Below, piece by piece: positions 1-13,538 of a stretch of DNA of 64,000 nt. Position 1 is the first letter of the stretch. Every line of letters begins with the position of its first letter. A program made the position numbers and the translations under genes. Origin of the DNA: Octopus vulgaris (taxonomy: Eukaryota); the NCBI GenBank assembly GCA_951406725.2, contig OX597823.1:67518001-67582000 (forward strand), read 5' to 3'. Below the pieces are notes generated by a model that worked only from the letters and a program-made list of their open reading frames with translations, was not told the DNA's origin and did not search any database.

Positions 1-680
1 TTTCCGTAACAGTTTGCACAGATGTATCCCAGAGTATTGTGATTCGGTTGTTTTTAGCAACAACCCATGCTTATTTAGCCCCAAATAACTCTAACTTGGT
101 AAATCTACAATCAAATACATTATAAATGTAACACACCGATCTTTTGCTTTTATAAGTTATTGTGTACCAAGGACTACATTATCCAGTGTATCTTTCTCAT
201 TTTCAAGGTGACAGAAACACCAGCTAAATCTCCCTTACATCATGCCTTACTATCATAAAAAAGATAATATATTGGATATTTTAATCCTAGAAACACTCAG
301 CAACCAAAACGTTTGGCAGAAGAAAACGGCCAACCATCTCAAACCCAGTACATGACTGGTATTTATTTTATCAATTCTTGAAGAAGAAAATACAAAATCA
401 GCAGTGAGGATTTGAACTCAGAAACTAAAGAACCAGAAAAATAACACAAAGCATTGAAGATGGGATGTTCATGGCTGAAATGCTTTTAATCATAGGTCTC
501 CTGGATTATGAAATGATCTCCTGGATTATGAAATGATATGGATCTAAGCAACAACATGAATACAGTTCATATAGATATATGTAGGCTCTCTCCTGTCACA
601 AATGACAGATTAAGAATTTTGCAATTTTTTACTGAACAACCTACACAAATGATTTGTTTCTACTGATTAAACATTTATGC

Positions 681-1075
681 CAGTGATTTCCAATGTCTAG
701 CATATGCCCTATTGGTAGGGCCTGGGAAAATTGTGGTGAAGCATGGGATCCAAATTTTTATTCTTTTATTTTTGTTGGGACATGAAATTGTGAAAATCTT
801 TTTCCCAGCAAACATACAGTACATATACTCAGCTTAGTCAAACCAATCCCTCCAAACATGCATACTGTGTAAAAACTGTTTGCCACAATATAGTTTTTTT
901 TTGTCTTTTTTTGTATTCAGTACTTAATAAATGAGTTACCTGTACATTCTTTTGTGTTAAATAGCTGTGATAAAATATCAAAAATAAAGTTCTTTTTTTC
1001 CAACCATCGGTGGGGCACACACTTTTCTGGAAAGTTATAGGTGGGGCCTGGGGGAAAATAGGTTGAGAAACACTG
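681..1075. mobile_element. hAT-type MITE
   Basis: Termini CAGTGATTTCCAA ... TTGAGAAACACTG (imperfect TIR). Flanks atttatgc / gtttatga resemble a decayed 8-bp TSD. Confidence 0.6.
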
Positions 1076-1356
1076 GTTTATGATGCTGTACATTAACTCA
1101 TTCACTCCATCAAATTGGCTTTACCTGCATAGGTGCCATATGTCAGAGATCAAAATGATCCCAGAGCAATGGGAAATGATGTATTTTACTCAAGAAAACA
1201 ACACACTGCCTGAGGTAGGAATCAAATCCAAGATCTTGCAATTGCAAGTGCAACGCCCTAACCATTAGGACATGTGCTTCACATACATATTCAATGTTAA
1301 TAAATCCTTTGTAAGAATGAAATGACGGAAAATATGCAAACCATACTATTGTACCT

Positions 1357-1584
1357 ATTTCCTTACTACCCACAAGGGGCTAAACACAAAAGGGACAAAC
1401 AAGAACAAACGGATTAAGTTGATTACATCGACCCCAGTGCGTAACTGCTACTTATTTAATCGACCCCGAAAGGATGAAAGGCAAAGTCAGCCTCGACAGA
1501 ATTTGAACTCAGAATTTGAATAGCAGACAAAATACTGCTAACCATTTCGCCCGGCGTGCTAACATTTCTGCCAGCTCACAGATA
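1357..1584 (-). mobile_element. tRNA-derived SINE (core ...GACTTTGCCTTTCATCCTTTCGGGGTCGAT..., MetaSINE-like), young subfamily
   Basis: 15-bp TSD catactattgtacct (1342-1356 and 1585-1599). Near-identical copies at about 43491-43722, 44577-44798, 57047-57265 and 62024-62256, plus dozens of older copies. Confidence 0.85.
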
Positions 1585-1779
1585 CATACTATTGTACCTT
1601 TCTGTAACATGCCTATGTCTATCTCAATACATAACCTGCTGATTTTTTTCAGATGGAGCTCCATATCATTCCAGTTGTACAGATTTTATTTTCATAAAGA
1701 CTGAATCCCAATTTAATTACAAGGATTAACCAGCAGAAGATGGGGGAGAGGGAGCACATCCCAGAACACATGATGTGTT

Positions 1780-1965
1780 CAGTTGTGCCCTACAGACATG
1801 ACCATGATAGTGTTACCATGGAGAATAGCCAAGGACACTCACTGCAGCAGTCACTTGTGTGGCTCCTTTCTCAGACAGGCCACAGTTATCCTGATTTCGC
1901 TGAAGAAATTGGCAGCGCAGGGTCCAAGAACACCTGAGGTCTCAACGGCAACTGGCATAAACTGA
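1780..1965 (-). mobile_element. Degraded 3' end of an RLE-type (CRE/R2-group) non-LTR retrotransposon
   Basis: Minus translation QFMPVAVETSGVLGPCAANFF...LLQ*VSLAILHGN resembles the FxPxAVETxGxxG...QxISxAIxRGN C-terminal motif. Confidence 0.65.
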
Positions 1966-4059
1966 TAGTGACTAGTCAGGCTCCTGTAATTATTCATTTT
2001 TCTCTCCTCTGTATAACAAATTACAAATAGAATAACAAATTCAGTTCACAACCATTTAGTTAAAGGAGATAGCGAATACCTATGATCCTCCACAAAGTCT
2101 CCAAGACTAGTGGGAAGGAGAGAGATGTGTTTTACTCAAGAAAACAACACACTGCCTGATCTAGGAATCAAAACCAAAATCTTGAAATTGCAAGCGCAAC
2201 ACCCTAACCATTAGGTCATATGCTTCACATACATATTCAATGTTAATAAGAACATGAGAGTTCTATCTTAAGCTTTTGCAACAGGGTAAACTCCAATTAA
2301 AATACCTAACATACTAGATGGTGGTATTAAGTACTGGATAAAGTCAAATGTCAAGAAGGCCACAACAGGATTTGAACTTAGAATGCAAAGAACTGGAACA
2401 AATACTACAAGGGACTATCTGATACTCTACTGATTCCACTAGACCACTATACAAGACTAGTACTTTATTTATTGAACCAGGAAGGATGAAAGGCAAAGCT
2501 AACCTTGACAGGATTTGAACCCAGAATGTAAAAAGACAGAGAATAGAATACAAAACATTTGCTCCAATACTCCAACAACTGTAATTGATTTACATGAGGT
2601 AAAGCACCTGATTAATTAACTTGCTACAAATCACACTATACCATCTAAATGGTTTCGAATGTTAGCACAAGGCCTGTAATTTTTTTTGGGGGGATACTCA
2701 ATAACTTCAGCCCTTGTGGTCAGCATTTTATAGATTCTGAAAGGAAAAGCAAAGTTGACCTTTTGCAGAATTTGAACTCAAGAATGTAAAAAGCAGGAAG
2801 AAATGCTGCTAAGCATTTTGCCAAATGCACAAATGGTTCCGCCAACCCTGCAGTCTTACTATATCATCTAAACGAAAAGGAAATATACATAAGAAAATGT
2901 AGTGTGTGATAACTCTGTCAGAAAAACGTGATGAGAGGAGCATTCCAGTTGAAATGCCTCTGTTTATCGGATTCATTGGATAATATAGTACTAGATACAC
3001 TCAGTCAGAATACATTTGATAAATGAGATACACGGGATAATTATAAATTTTGTTTATACACACATCATAACATTTTCATTTCAATAGCTAAGCTGGTGTG
3101 ATAGGTTATCATATATTTAATCTGTCATTAGAGTATGATATTACAGTCAATCAGTGTTATTATTCACAATTAGAAACACATTATTGTCTTATAGATTTAG
3201 TTATTACTATTATAGCAATTGTTGTTGCTATTGTCAGATGTAACTATGTGCAAAATTCTCTCATTAGGACTTGTTTAATATTAATTTTTGCTTAGTTGTT
3301 TTTAAACAAGTTAGATTTTGATGGAATAATCTTATTATTAATGTGAAAGGAGGAAGATTAGCAAGAGGAGGTTGTTGAAGAGAGAGAGAGAGAAAGACAG
3401 AGCTGAAGAAGAGAAAGCACAGGATAAAACAGAGAAGGAAAAGAAGAAAGAAAGGAGAAAAGAATGAAAAGGAGTAGTGGCAGAGGACCACAATGAGGAA
3501 GAAGCATTACAGAAGTTCAATGAAGGAAGAGAGAAGAAGGAGGAGAAATGCAGACCAAGAAAGTGGGGAGTGGATGAAAATGAGAAAACAGCAGCAAAAT
3601 ATTGTAATTAGCAATGTCAGTACATTGAGTAGAATGTCTCATGGTATTTGTTCTGATTCTCAGTGTTGTGAGTTCAAATCCCAGTGAGGTCAACTCTGCC
3701 TTTCATCCTTTCAGGGTTAATGAAAATGTACCAATTCAGAGAAGAGAGTTAGTGGAACTGTAATAATGATTTCAAATTTTAGCACAAGGCCAGCAAGTTT
3801 GGAGGAGAAGTAAGTTGATTACATCAACCCCAGAGTTTAACGAGTACTTATTTTATTGATCTCAAAATGATGAAAGGCAAAGTCAACCTTGGTGGAATTT
3901 GAACTCAGAACATAAATATGGACAAAATGCCATGAAGCATTTAGCCCAATGTGCTAACAACTCAGCCAACTTGCTGCCTTAGTTGAACTGCAATAATACT
4001 AGGCAGAATGCTTTGCAACAGCTGTTCCTTTGTTTTTGCTTTCCAAGTTCAAATTCAGC

Positions 4060-5019
4060 TACTGCATCTCCTGCTCTCTCTGCCCTTCTCTATACATTGG
4101 GCAAACAGGATGCCACTTGGCTGACCAGTTTGCAGAATACCTCTGAGACATCCGACTCGGCAATGACACCCCGGTCTCATGCCATTTCCACTCTACCAGT
4201 CACTCTTTGCAACACCTGTCTGTGTTTGGATTGTCCTTCCACAGGGGCCATCCGAACTCACCTTTGCACCGTGAACAGGGATTAATCTTCCCTCTTCACT
4301 CCTTTGTGCCACATGAGCTCAACTCTCCTCCTCTCTTCATCTAACCTCCTCACCCTCTCCTCTCCCCCTCACACCTACTTCCTTCCACCCACTTTTCCCT
4401 TCCCCCTTCATCATCGCCCCTCCCTCGTAACCCCACCCCACCCCTACACAATCCGACCCCACCTTCCCTATCCATCCCATTCCACCTATCCCATCCCTCA
4501 CACCCACCCCTTCCTTCACACCCACTACCAACTCTACCCTCACCCTAACCCACACCCCACCCTTGCTTTCCCTACTCTCGCCTCCCACACCTCCCAACAC
4601 CATCACACCACGCCACACACCACTACAACATACACCACCAAACCACACAACACCACCACGCACACACTAGCACTGCCCACTTCTCAGCCCCACATCCACA
4701 CACCTAGATATAAACACGTACACATCAAGGTCACCAGTCCTATTCCATACGCACATGCATACTCTCTTATACACACGTACGCGCACCTTCGTTTTGGGAT
4801 CACCACTACTTTATTAGCTCTCCTGTGTGACCCCTCTGTCCGGCATTCACCATGACAGATCACTAGCCACTACACATTCTTTATTTTTTCTCATTGTTTC
4901 TTTCTGTGTAGGCTCGAAACGTGAAAGACTTTTTCACTTCCTGAGCATTAAACTAATACATCTGCTTGTTGTCTACACCACTGGTCTTCATCTTTTGTTT
5001 TTTTGTGAATTCTTCCCTC

Positions 5020-5020
<1 letters not shown>
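4060..5020 (+). mobile_element. 5'-truncated Penelope-like element: GIY-YIG endonuclease end plus 3' terminal region
   Basis: Reads YCISCSLCPSLYIGQTGCHLADQFAEYL*DIRLGNDTPVSCHFHSTSHS...REQGLIFPLHSFVPHELN. Followed by a CA-rich spacer, a gctcGAAACgt hammerhead half, and a (TA)n tract. Confidence 0.8.
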
Positions 5021-5052
<32 letters not shown>

Positions 5053-5064
5053 CATATATAGACC

Positions 5065-5100
<36 letters not shown>

Positions 5101-5270
5101 AAGAGAGAGACCTATATATATACATATACATATATAGACCTGTATATATACATATATAGACCTCCTTAAAAGACTGTTAAGAAAAGGGTAGCAAAAGTAT
5201 ACACTCTCATGTTTCACAAATCAGTCTCTGAATTATATATAATTATAGAATCCTTAGAAAGTTCTGCCTT

Positions 5271-5411
5271 TTACCTTTTACGGTCCTTTCGGGATCCACG
5301 TTTTTTCGATTTACAAATACCTTTGGAATTTCGAATCATTTTCCTGGGACATTTTTTAATGCAGCTACTCTTGAATTTGACATTTAAACAGGAATGACAT
5401 TGGTTTGCACC
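5271..5411 (-). CDS. EGFR: EGFR-like exon, last domain IV modules plus polybasic tail ending in TAA (or splicing out at 5275)
   Basis: ctcattgtAG then GANQCHSCLNVKFKSSCIKKCPRKMIRNSKGICKSKKRGSRKDRKR*. The stop overlaps a possible donor AG|GTAAAA, so the 3' boundary is ambiguous. Confidence 0.85.
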   Translation of the reverse strand, partial: GANQCHSCLNVKFKSSCIKKCPRKMIRNSKGICKSKKRGSRKDRKR

Positions 5412-5541
5412 CTACAATGAGACAGAGAATATTACATTAGGGACAGACAACAAAAACAAGAGAAAAATATTGATGTCAACAGTCTAATGACTGAAACAAG
5501 TAAAAGAATAAAAGAATACAAGAATATCAGAAATAACTTAC

Positions 5542-5750
5542 AGGTCCCGAACAGCCACCACTGCATTCTTCATGGCATGACTTGCATGTGTTCTGTTCTC
5601 CTTCGTAAACCATGGTGACATTCCAACACGATGGAACACACTTTCCAGTTCTTTCCACTCTGTAATTGATGCAGTCTATGCAATCTTCAGCGTCTGGACC
5701 CCAACAACCAAATACTTTGCATTGGTAATCACATACTTGACCTGTATTAA
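5542..5750 (-). CDS. EGFR: EGFR-like exon, Cys-rich domain IV
   Basis: cttcatgtatacAG ... CCT|GTAAGT, 209 nt, phase 1/0. Reads LNTGQVCDYQCKVFGCWGPDAEDCIDCINYRVERTGKCVPSC...CKSCHEECSGGCSGP. Confidence 0.94.
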
Positions 5751-5840
5751 CTGTATACATGAAGAAGATGAAGAGAAAAATCAGATAAGCCTCTCAAGAA
5801 TCACATATCGGAATAATCAAGAGTTTACACAGCAGTGTGT

Positions 5841-6047
5841 TTTACTTGTTTCAGACATTTGACTGTGGCCATGCTGGAGCACCGCCTTTAGTCGAGCAAA
5901 TCAACCCCAGGACTTTTTCTTTGGAAGCCTAGTACTTATTCTATCGGTCTCTTTTGCCGAACCGCTAAGTTACAGGGATGTAAACACACCAGCATCGGTT
6001 GTCAAGCGATGTTGGGGGGACAAACACAGACACAGAAACATATACAC

Positions 6048-6105
<58 letters not shown>

Positions 6106-6265
6106 GATGGGCTTCTTTCAGTTTCCGTCTACCAAATCCACTCACAAGGCTTTGGTTAGCCCGAGGCTATAGTAGAAGACACTTGCCCAAGGTGCCACAT
6201 AGTGGGAATGAACTCGGAACCATGTGGTTGGTAAGCAAGCTACTTACCACACAGCCACTCCTGCG
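5841..6265 (-). mobile_element. tRNA-derived SINE family with internal (TA)n/(TG)n tract
   Basis: Head GGAGTGGCTGTGTGGTAAG...GGTTCCGAGTTC (A/B-box-like). Same family at about 11073-11497(+), 24095-24503(-), 38042-38445(+), 38548-38945(+), 40176-40680(-), 55326-55727(+) and 58627-59035(-). Confidence 0.85.
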
Positions 6266-6700
6266 CCTATATATATATGAATATATTTCTTTCTTTGTGC
6301 AACCAACGAAATATTGAGGAAATTTAATCTGACGATGGGAACTGAACATTGAGAACATTTTTCTTCTTTTCTTTTTTATTAATGGAAGCTACTCCAAAGG
6401 CAGTTTACAAGCATTAATAAAATAGGTCTCAAACAATTACTGGGAGTTAGAAAAGAAAAGAAAATGGAATTGAAAAAAAATCTACTGAGATGATATCCTA
6501 AGCATCATAAAACAATCAACGCAATATTTAAAATAATTAAGATTGTATCTGCTTGAGAAATTAGTGGTAAGAAAAGTTCCAGAAAACAGATGTTTGCCAA
6601 AACAAAAAAAGGTACTACTTCAATAGTGTTTTTTCTAGCATACGAGTAAAAGTTGAATTTTACAAACCAAAAATTTACAACCAATAAAAATATAGGTTAA

Positions 6701-6920
6701 CCCTTTCGCTACTGTATTTATTTTGAGATGTTCTGTGTTTCTTTTAATTAATTTGAATATAACAAAGAATTTAATAAAATAACTTAGTTATCATTAAGCT
6801 AGTGTTACAAACATAAATTGTGACTAAGGTTTGGTGGAAGATTTTAATTCAAAACTTATGAAAATAAGACATTTGAACTCAGAGCCAGAGCCGGTTTTGG
6901 CCGGGTTGCTAACAAAAGGG
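6701..6920. mobile_element. piggyBac-type MITE
   Basis: TTAA|CCCTTTCG ... CAAAAGGG|TTAA: TTAA TSD on both sides with CCCTTT/AAAGGG termini. Confidence 0.8.
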
Positions 6921-7989
6921 TTAATTTATATACCAAGGCAACTTTGGAGAACCAAAAATTCCATGTGAAATGCAGAAGGATTTGGAAAGATAGTGACAAT
7001 GTTTGTGTGTTTACTACATTGACAAGTATGAAGGAAGATACAGCAGAAAGATTTTTTTTTAGATGAAAGAACAGCAATAGTGAAAGAGTGAGAGTTAGTA
7101 TTGAGTACTAATTCTCCATTTTCTCAGCAATTTAATATTCGACTTAGGCACAGACATAACCATATGGTTAATTTGGATTGCTTCATAACCATGTGATTTC
7201 TACTTTGATCCCAATGCATGGCACTTAAAGCAAGTTTCTGTGACTGTAGCTTCAAGTTAAGCATTATCTTATTACTGAACTTTAGAAAACAATAACTATG
7301 CAAAAAAACCTAACCCTAACCCTAAGCATACAGAAGCCTGTCATCTTAATATAAAACATGCTGAGTCATGTATCCATTTTTATGCTTGATAATTTCCATT
7401 TCTCTGAGATACAGGAATGAGAAATTAGTGGCTATGCTGAAAGAGATGTAAAACAGAGAAAGAAAGTATTATAAAGAGAAGTACATTAGATAAATAGATA
7501 TATGAGAGATTAAAAGAAGGGAATAGAGAGATGGGAGAGGGTGAGAGACAGAGAAGGAGAAAAAGAGAGAAAAATATCCATTTGTCACACAACACTCAGG
7601 CAAGCAGACATAGGTGGGGGATGAAAATATGAGAAAAGAAGAAAAAATGTGAGCAGGAGAGGAGAGGAGAGGTGAAGAGAAAAAAGATAAAGTTCTACAA
7701 TAGAGAGGTAGTTAGAGATGTAATATGATAAAATAACAGAGATACAGGAAGTCTGAAAATGAATTTGAGAGAGAGAGAGAAATTTGTGTATGACACTGAA
7801 GTGGAGGGAGGCATTGGGAAATCAAGAGGAGTGGAGGCATAATTTGATTTGAGAGAGTACATGTATGTGTGTGTGTAAACTGAAGCTATAATCATTAAAA
7901 TGATTATATCAGTGGCTAACATATAAAAGCCCACCATATCAGTAAAATTAATTTTTTAGTATATAATTACAAAAGTATAATTATAATTA

Positions 7990-8243
7990 AGGGCACCGGA
8001 GGGCCAACGCCAATACACTACAAAGCGATGTCAAATGTCAACAAACCACTCTAAATTTGTTATCTTTTAACACAAATGTGAATGCAAGGGAATGAAGAAG
8101 ATTCATAAAATTTTGGATAACTATATCTTAAGATTTCATGTTCTGTAACAAAAATTGTGTTAAAAAGAGAACAAATTTAGGGTGGTTTGTAGATATTTGA
8201 CATCTACTTCTAGCATATTGGTGTTGACCCTCCAGCACCCTAA
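7990..8243. mobile_element. MITE with about 25-bp TIRs
   Basis: agggcaccggagggccaacgccaata ... tattggtgttgaccctccagcaccct (imperfect inverted repeat). Confidence 0.65.
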
Positions 8244-8296
8244 ATTATAATCATATTCTTATAATTATATACTTAAACATATGTATATGTATGTAT

Positions 8297-8395
<99 letters not shown>

Positions 8396-9594
8396 TGTAT
8401 AAATGTGAGTTTAGGAGGGATATATTATCTGGGAGGATACCATTGGGGATCACAGTTAAGTTCCAGTTTATGGCTAACCACATCGATCGGTATTTAAAGT
8501 CCATAACTGCTATTCGTTATCAGCCACTCTGTAAATTCCTCCGATGAGTACTTCCATGTTCACTTTGCTGGACAGTAATATTGTCTGGAGTATTTGAGAC
8601 TGGCCACATGGATAGACCCTGGAGAAGCTGCACAGATAATAGTGAAAGGTTGCTTTTGCAAAGGAAACACATGTAGGTCTGTGCAGTGGAAACACATCTA
8701 TGTCATTATAATAAGCTGTACAAAATTGCAAAATAGGAGAAAATAAATTTTGAGGATGAACAAGTCTCCATACTCTTCATAATTATTAAATAAAATAAGT
8801 GCACCCTTTTAAAGCTTAGCCAGGCTCATGGGCCCGGTTTCCTGGTTTCTATGGCGTATGTGTTCCCCAGCTGGATGGGATGCCAGTCCATCGCAGCGTT
8901 ACTCATTTTTGCCAGCTGAGTGGACTGGAGTAACGTGAAATGAAATGTTTTGCTCAAGAACACAACGCGTCACCCGGTCCAGGAATTGAAACCACAATCT
9001 TACGATCATGATGCTGACACCCTAACCACTAAGCCACACACCTCCACACCTTTATAATTATTACTGATATATATACATAGACATATATATATGTACATAC
9101 TTTAATATATATATGTATGTGTATATATATATATGTGTGTGTGTGTGTGTATATATATAAATATATATATGTATATATATGTATGTATGCAAGTATATAT
9201 ATTTATATATATAGGGGGTGCCCAGAGACATATATATATGTATGTGTGTATATATACATATTTAAGTGATTATATATGTATGAATGTATATGTGATTGTA
9301 TCTGCATGTGTATATGAGCATGTATACATGAACATATATATATGGGAGAGGCTGTGTGCATGTCTCTGAACTACCGAATACTGAAGGTTGGATAATAAAA
9401 TTTCACATATGCAGCCTAACATGGGGAACAAAATAAATAGCCAATACATCCAATACCATTCATAGCAGGCATGTAGAAGCATGCTCACAGCAAGCAGATT
9501 GAAACTGCCAGGGTCTGCTAAATTCAAACAAGGCAGATGGATGTGTCAGCATCGAAGTTGAAGGTTTTGTAACTAACGGGGACAGCAATTGAAT

Positions 9595-9700
9595 ATCACC
9601 TGAAGATATACAACTGGATCCCATTATACAGGTAAACTATTGCATAATCAAATTCCTGTATTTATGAAGAACTATGTTGTGTGGAAACATGTGTAGTGAT
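9595..9700 (+). ncRNA. Hammerhead-ribozyme motif (type I, long stem II) in the 5' pLTR
   Basis: ATCAC-CTGAAGA-tatacaac...gttgtgtg-GAAAC-atgt-GTA-GTGAT. Stem I is ATCAC/GTGAT, both core boxes are present, and the triplet is GUA. Confidence 0.65.
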
Positions 9701-12700
9701 TAAAAAATTACTGTCTAAGTATATTCCTATACACTCTATCATTCAATTTTATTTTCACTTGGAAGTATATCATAATACTACCAGCTATTTGGTTAACTCT
9801 GAGGGGGAATGAGTTCTATTTTGTACTCTGCTATATTCCTAACAGAATATACCTTAAATGACGCTGACAAAAACCAGATAACTGGTCAAAGTCACTTTTT
9901 GAATCGGAGTACTATGAAGGGTCAAAAGAGGGAAAAACTAAATCTAGACTTCTCATCAAAAGACATTCCAATTCCAACCAAAGATGAATATTTAAAACAA
10001 ATAACTGCCAGCACAAGCTCCTTCATAAGAAGAATGAGATGGAAGGTGTTCTTCTATGACAAAGAAAACAAAATGCAAGAACATTAGAAAGATAGAAATG
10101 TATTCAAGAAAGTATTTAAATCCCCAAGAAACCTGCCATCAAATCAACACATAACACTATTTGGGGAAGAGCTATACAAAATAATATGAAATCTCAAATT
10201 CAGGAAGTACCCAGCAAAGTAAAATGAACACCAGCAGAAACTGGGTAAAATATTGAAGGTCTTCAAAGAAACAAACAGAATAATTGTGCCAGTGGATAAA
10301 ACTGGCAATCTCTATATTGTGGACACCACACTATACAATAGTTTACTCAAAAAAGGAAATGCTCAGCAAATACAGGTATGCACCAATCAACACCAAAGAT
10401 AATATAAACAAAAAAGGATTAGAAATAGTAAAAAATCTAGGGATAGACAATAGGATTGAACCATATATCCACCCAAAAAAATATCTAGGATAAACCTGAA
10501 GGTCCATAAAAATAACTTCGACAGTGACCCTAAAATGAGATTAATATGTCCATCTGAATTGGACAATGGACGTATAAGTAAAAACATCATAGAGAAAGTA
10601 TTGCTCGAACTAAAATCTAAGAGTGGACTTTCATTGTGGTCTGGCACTCAGGGGGTTATAGGACAGTTTATGAAGGCATAGAAAACTAAAAAATTCAAAT
10701 TTATACAATTAGATATAGACAGTTATTAATCCACAATTAATCCTATAGTACTAAATAAAGCTCTTATATTCGCAGGCGTGGATATAATTTTCACAGTTCA
10801 TCAAACCATTATTAGTTACCATAACAAACTATGGAGGAGATCAGATAGGGCTAATTCCTTTGATATAACAATGGGATCAAGTGACTTGGCTCAGGTAACG
10901 GATATCATTGGCATCTACCTCTTATTGCAGATAAAATCTAAATTTCCACAGATAACGGGTAGTCTGTACAGGGATGATGCTCTTTTCCTAATGAAAAACT
11001 GCACAAAAATAGAAAATAAAAAAGATATAGAAAAGAACTCCATAATTTTTTTAGATGTTTTGGTTTTTCTTTAACCAAGTGGCTGTGTGGTAAGTAGCTT
11101 GTTTACCAACCACAAGGTTCCAGGTTCAGTCCCACTACATAGCACCTTGGGTAAGTCCCACTACATAGCACCCACTACAGTCCCACTATATAGCACCTCT
11201 ACTATATCTTCAGGCTGACCAAAGCCTTGTCAGTGGATTTAGTGGATGGAAACTGAAAGAAGCCCGTTGTATATATATATATATGTGTGTGTCTGTGTTT
11301 GTCTCCCCCCCATCGCTTGACAACCAATGTTGGTGTGTTCATGTTCCCATAACTTAGCGATTTGGCAAAAGAGACCAATAGAATAAGTATTAAGCTTACA
11401 AAGAATAAGTCCCAGGGTCGATTTGTTCGACTAAATGCAGTGCTCCAGCATGGCCACAATCAAATGACTGAAACAAATAAAAGAATAAAAGAATAAACTG
11501 TAATTACCCTAAGGTAAACTTTCTAGATGCGACTTTTAATTTGGAAAGTGGCATGTATGAACCATATAACAAGCTGAATAAGTGCTTAAGATACATAAAT
11601 GTAAATTCCAGCCATCCATCATCCATAACCAAGGGAATAATTAGGAACATAACGACCAGAATATCAAGATTGTCAGCCACAAAGGAAACATTCAACCAGC
11701 ATGCACCATAATACAATGAAGCGCTAGCTAGGGCTGGATGTAAAGGAAAAATCAAGTTTGAAAATTATGAAACCCCAAATAACAATAATACAAATTCAAA
11801 TAAGGTAGAATACACACCAAACACAAATGACATCAAAAAAATGAATAACAATAAAAAAGAGTAAACCTGAGGAACAATGGAACGATAAGAGAAAAACTGA
11901 TAAAGAATAGAAATAACTGGAATACAAACACACGTAATCACAACAACACACAAACTAAGAAGAAGGAACCAAACAAAAGGTACAAAAATTCAGAGGTCCT
12001 ACAGTATAGTCCAATGTTTGGATTGCAAATATTGTCCAGGGTATGTAAGTAATTCATTGCAGCATTAAATAAATGCTTCCCTAAAACACAGAAATACTAC
12101 TGTTTATTCAACAAGCACACAGTAAAAATATCATACACAACATCTAACCACATGGAGTACTACATACATGAATACAACAATAGGAAATTAAACATACAAA
12201 CAATGTCTGCTGACAAAAAACAAACAAATCAAAACATCACAAGATTTAAGGCCAATGACAAAAATAAACATAAGATAGACCACAAAAACTCATATAACGT
12301 ACAATACAGTGGCAATAAAATTAAAATAAATCATCAAAACAGATCCAACAAAGATTGCCAATTCCAGAACACTTCAGACACTAACAATCAAATGGAACAT
12401 CATGAAAATAGAATCAAAAAGTCACCAGATAAACATGAAAATAATAATAGTATAAATAACTGCACCTGCTGCAGAAAATGCACTTGTCCGCTTGTAAACC
12501 AATGTGTCCAAGAAAACATAGTATACAAATGTACAATCTCCACATCCCAACATAAATACACATACAAGGGTGCCTCAGAAAACCAATTCAAAGTCCTTTA
12601 TCACAACCACTTCTTGGCATTCCAATAAATAAATAGACGACGCGTAACTTCATTGGCAGACCTCATATGGGAACTGAAAGAATCAAGAATTAAATACGAA

Positions 12701-13538
12701 ATGAAATGTTCAATAATAAAAAAAATGCACACCTATGTAATTTGCTATCTGTGACCTTTGCCTTGAGGAAGCTTTGAGTATACTGTTGAATAATGAGAAC
12801 CTGGTAGACAAGCATGATGAGAAAATTCCAAGGTGTAACCACTATGCAAAATATGCATTTTCAAGATGGGACAGTGTGTAAAAAAATAATTCTGTTCTCC
12901 CTGCCTCCCATCCTTCCCATCCCACATGTATATGTGTATATATTGGAGTGCCCAAAAATATATGTAAATAATGTATGTGCTTGCATGTAAATAAATGTAA
13001 ATAAATGAGTGCCCAAAATTATACGTAAATAAATGTATGTGCATGTATGTATAAGTATGAATGTATTTGTTGATCGGTGTATGTATATAAGTACGCATAT
13101 GTATATGCATGTGTATGTATGTATATATATACATAGATACATATATATATATATATATATATATATGGAGGTGCCCAGAGATGTATATGTATGTGTATAT
13201 ATATGTATGTAAGTGATTGTAAATGCATGAAGGTATATATAAGTGTGTATCTGCATGAGCATATGGGCATGTATACATGAATATATAAATGGGAGAGGCT
13301 GTGTGTGTCTCTGAACCAACAAATACTGAAGCTCAGATAATAAAATTTCACACGTGCAGCCTAAAATGGGGAACAAAATAAACAGCCATATATCCAATAT
13401 CATTCATAGCAGGCACACAGAAGCATGCTCACAGCAAGCAGATTGAAACTGCCAGGGTCTGCTAAATTCAAACAAGGCAGATGGATGTGTCAGCATTGAA
13501 GTTGAAGGTTTTGTAACTAACGGGGACAGCAATTGAAT

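Noticed and set aside
2917-2990. Possible small terminal exon (STILSNESDKQRHFNWNAPLITFF*) in phase with the 5275 donor
   Set aside because: Poor polypyrimidine tract and no homology signal; indistinguishable from chance.
7307-7325. Interstitial telomeric repeat (CCCTAA)n; also degenerate at about 45690-45730
   Set aside because: Only 2-3 units; not significant.
8510-8716. Strong-looking acceptor with a phase-compatible 68-codon frame (possible alternative terminal exon lacking domain IV)
   Set aside because: The sequence is homologous to a repeat copy at about 60040-60265, and its conserved peptide is in a different frame. Exonization cannot be excluded without RNA data.
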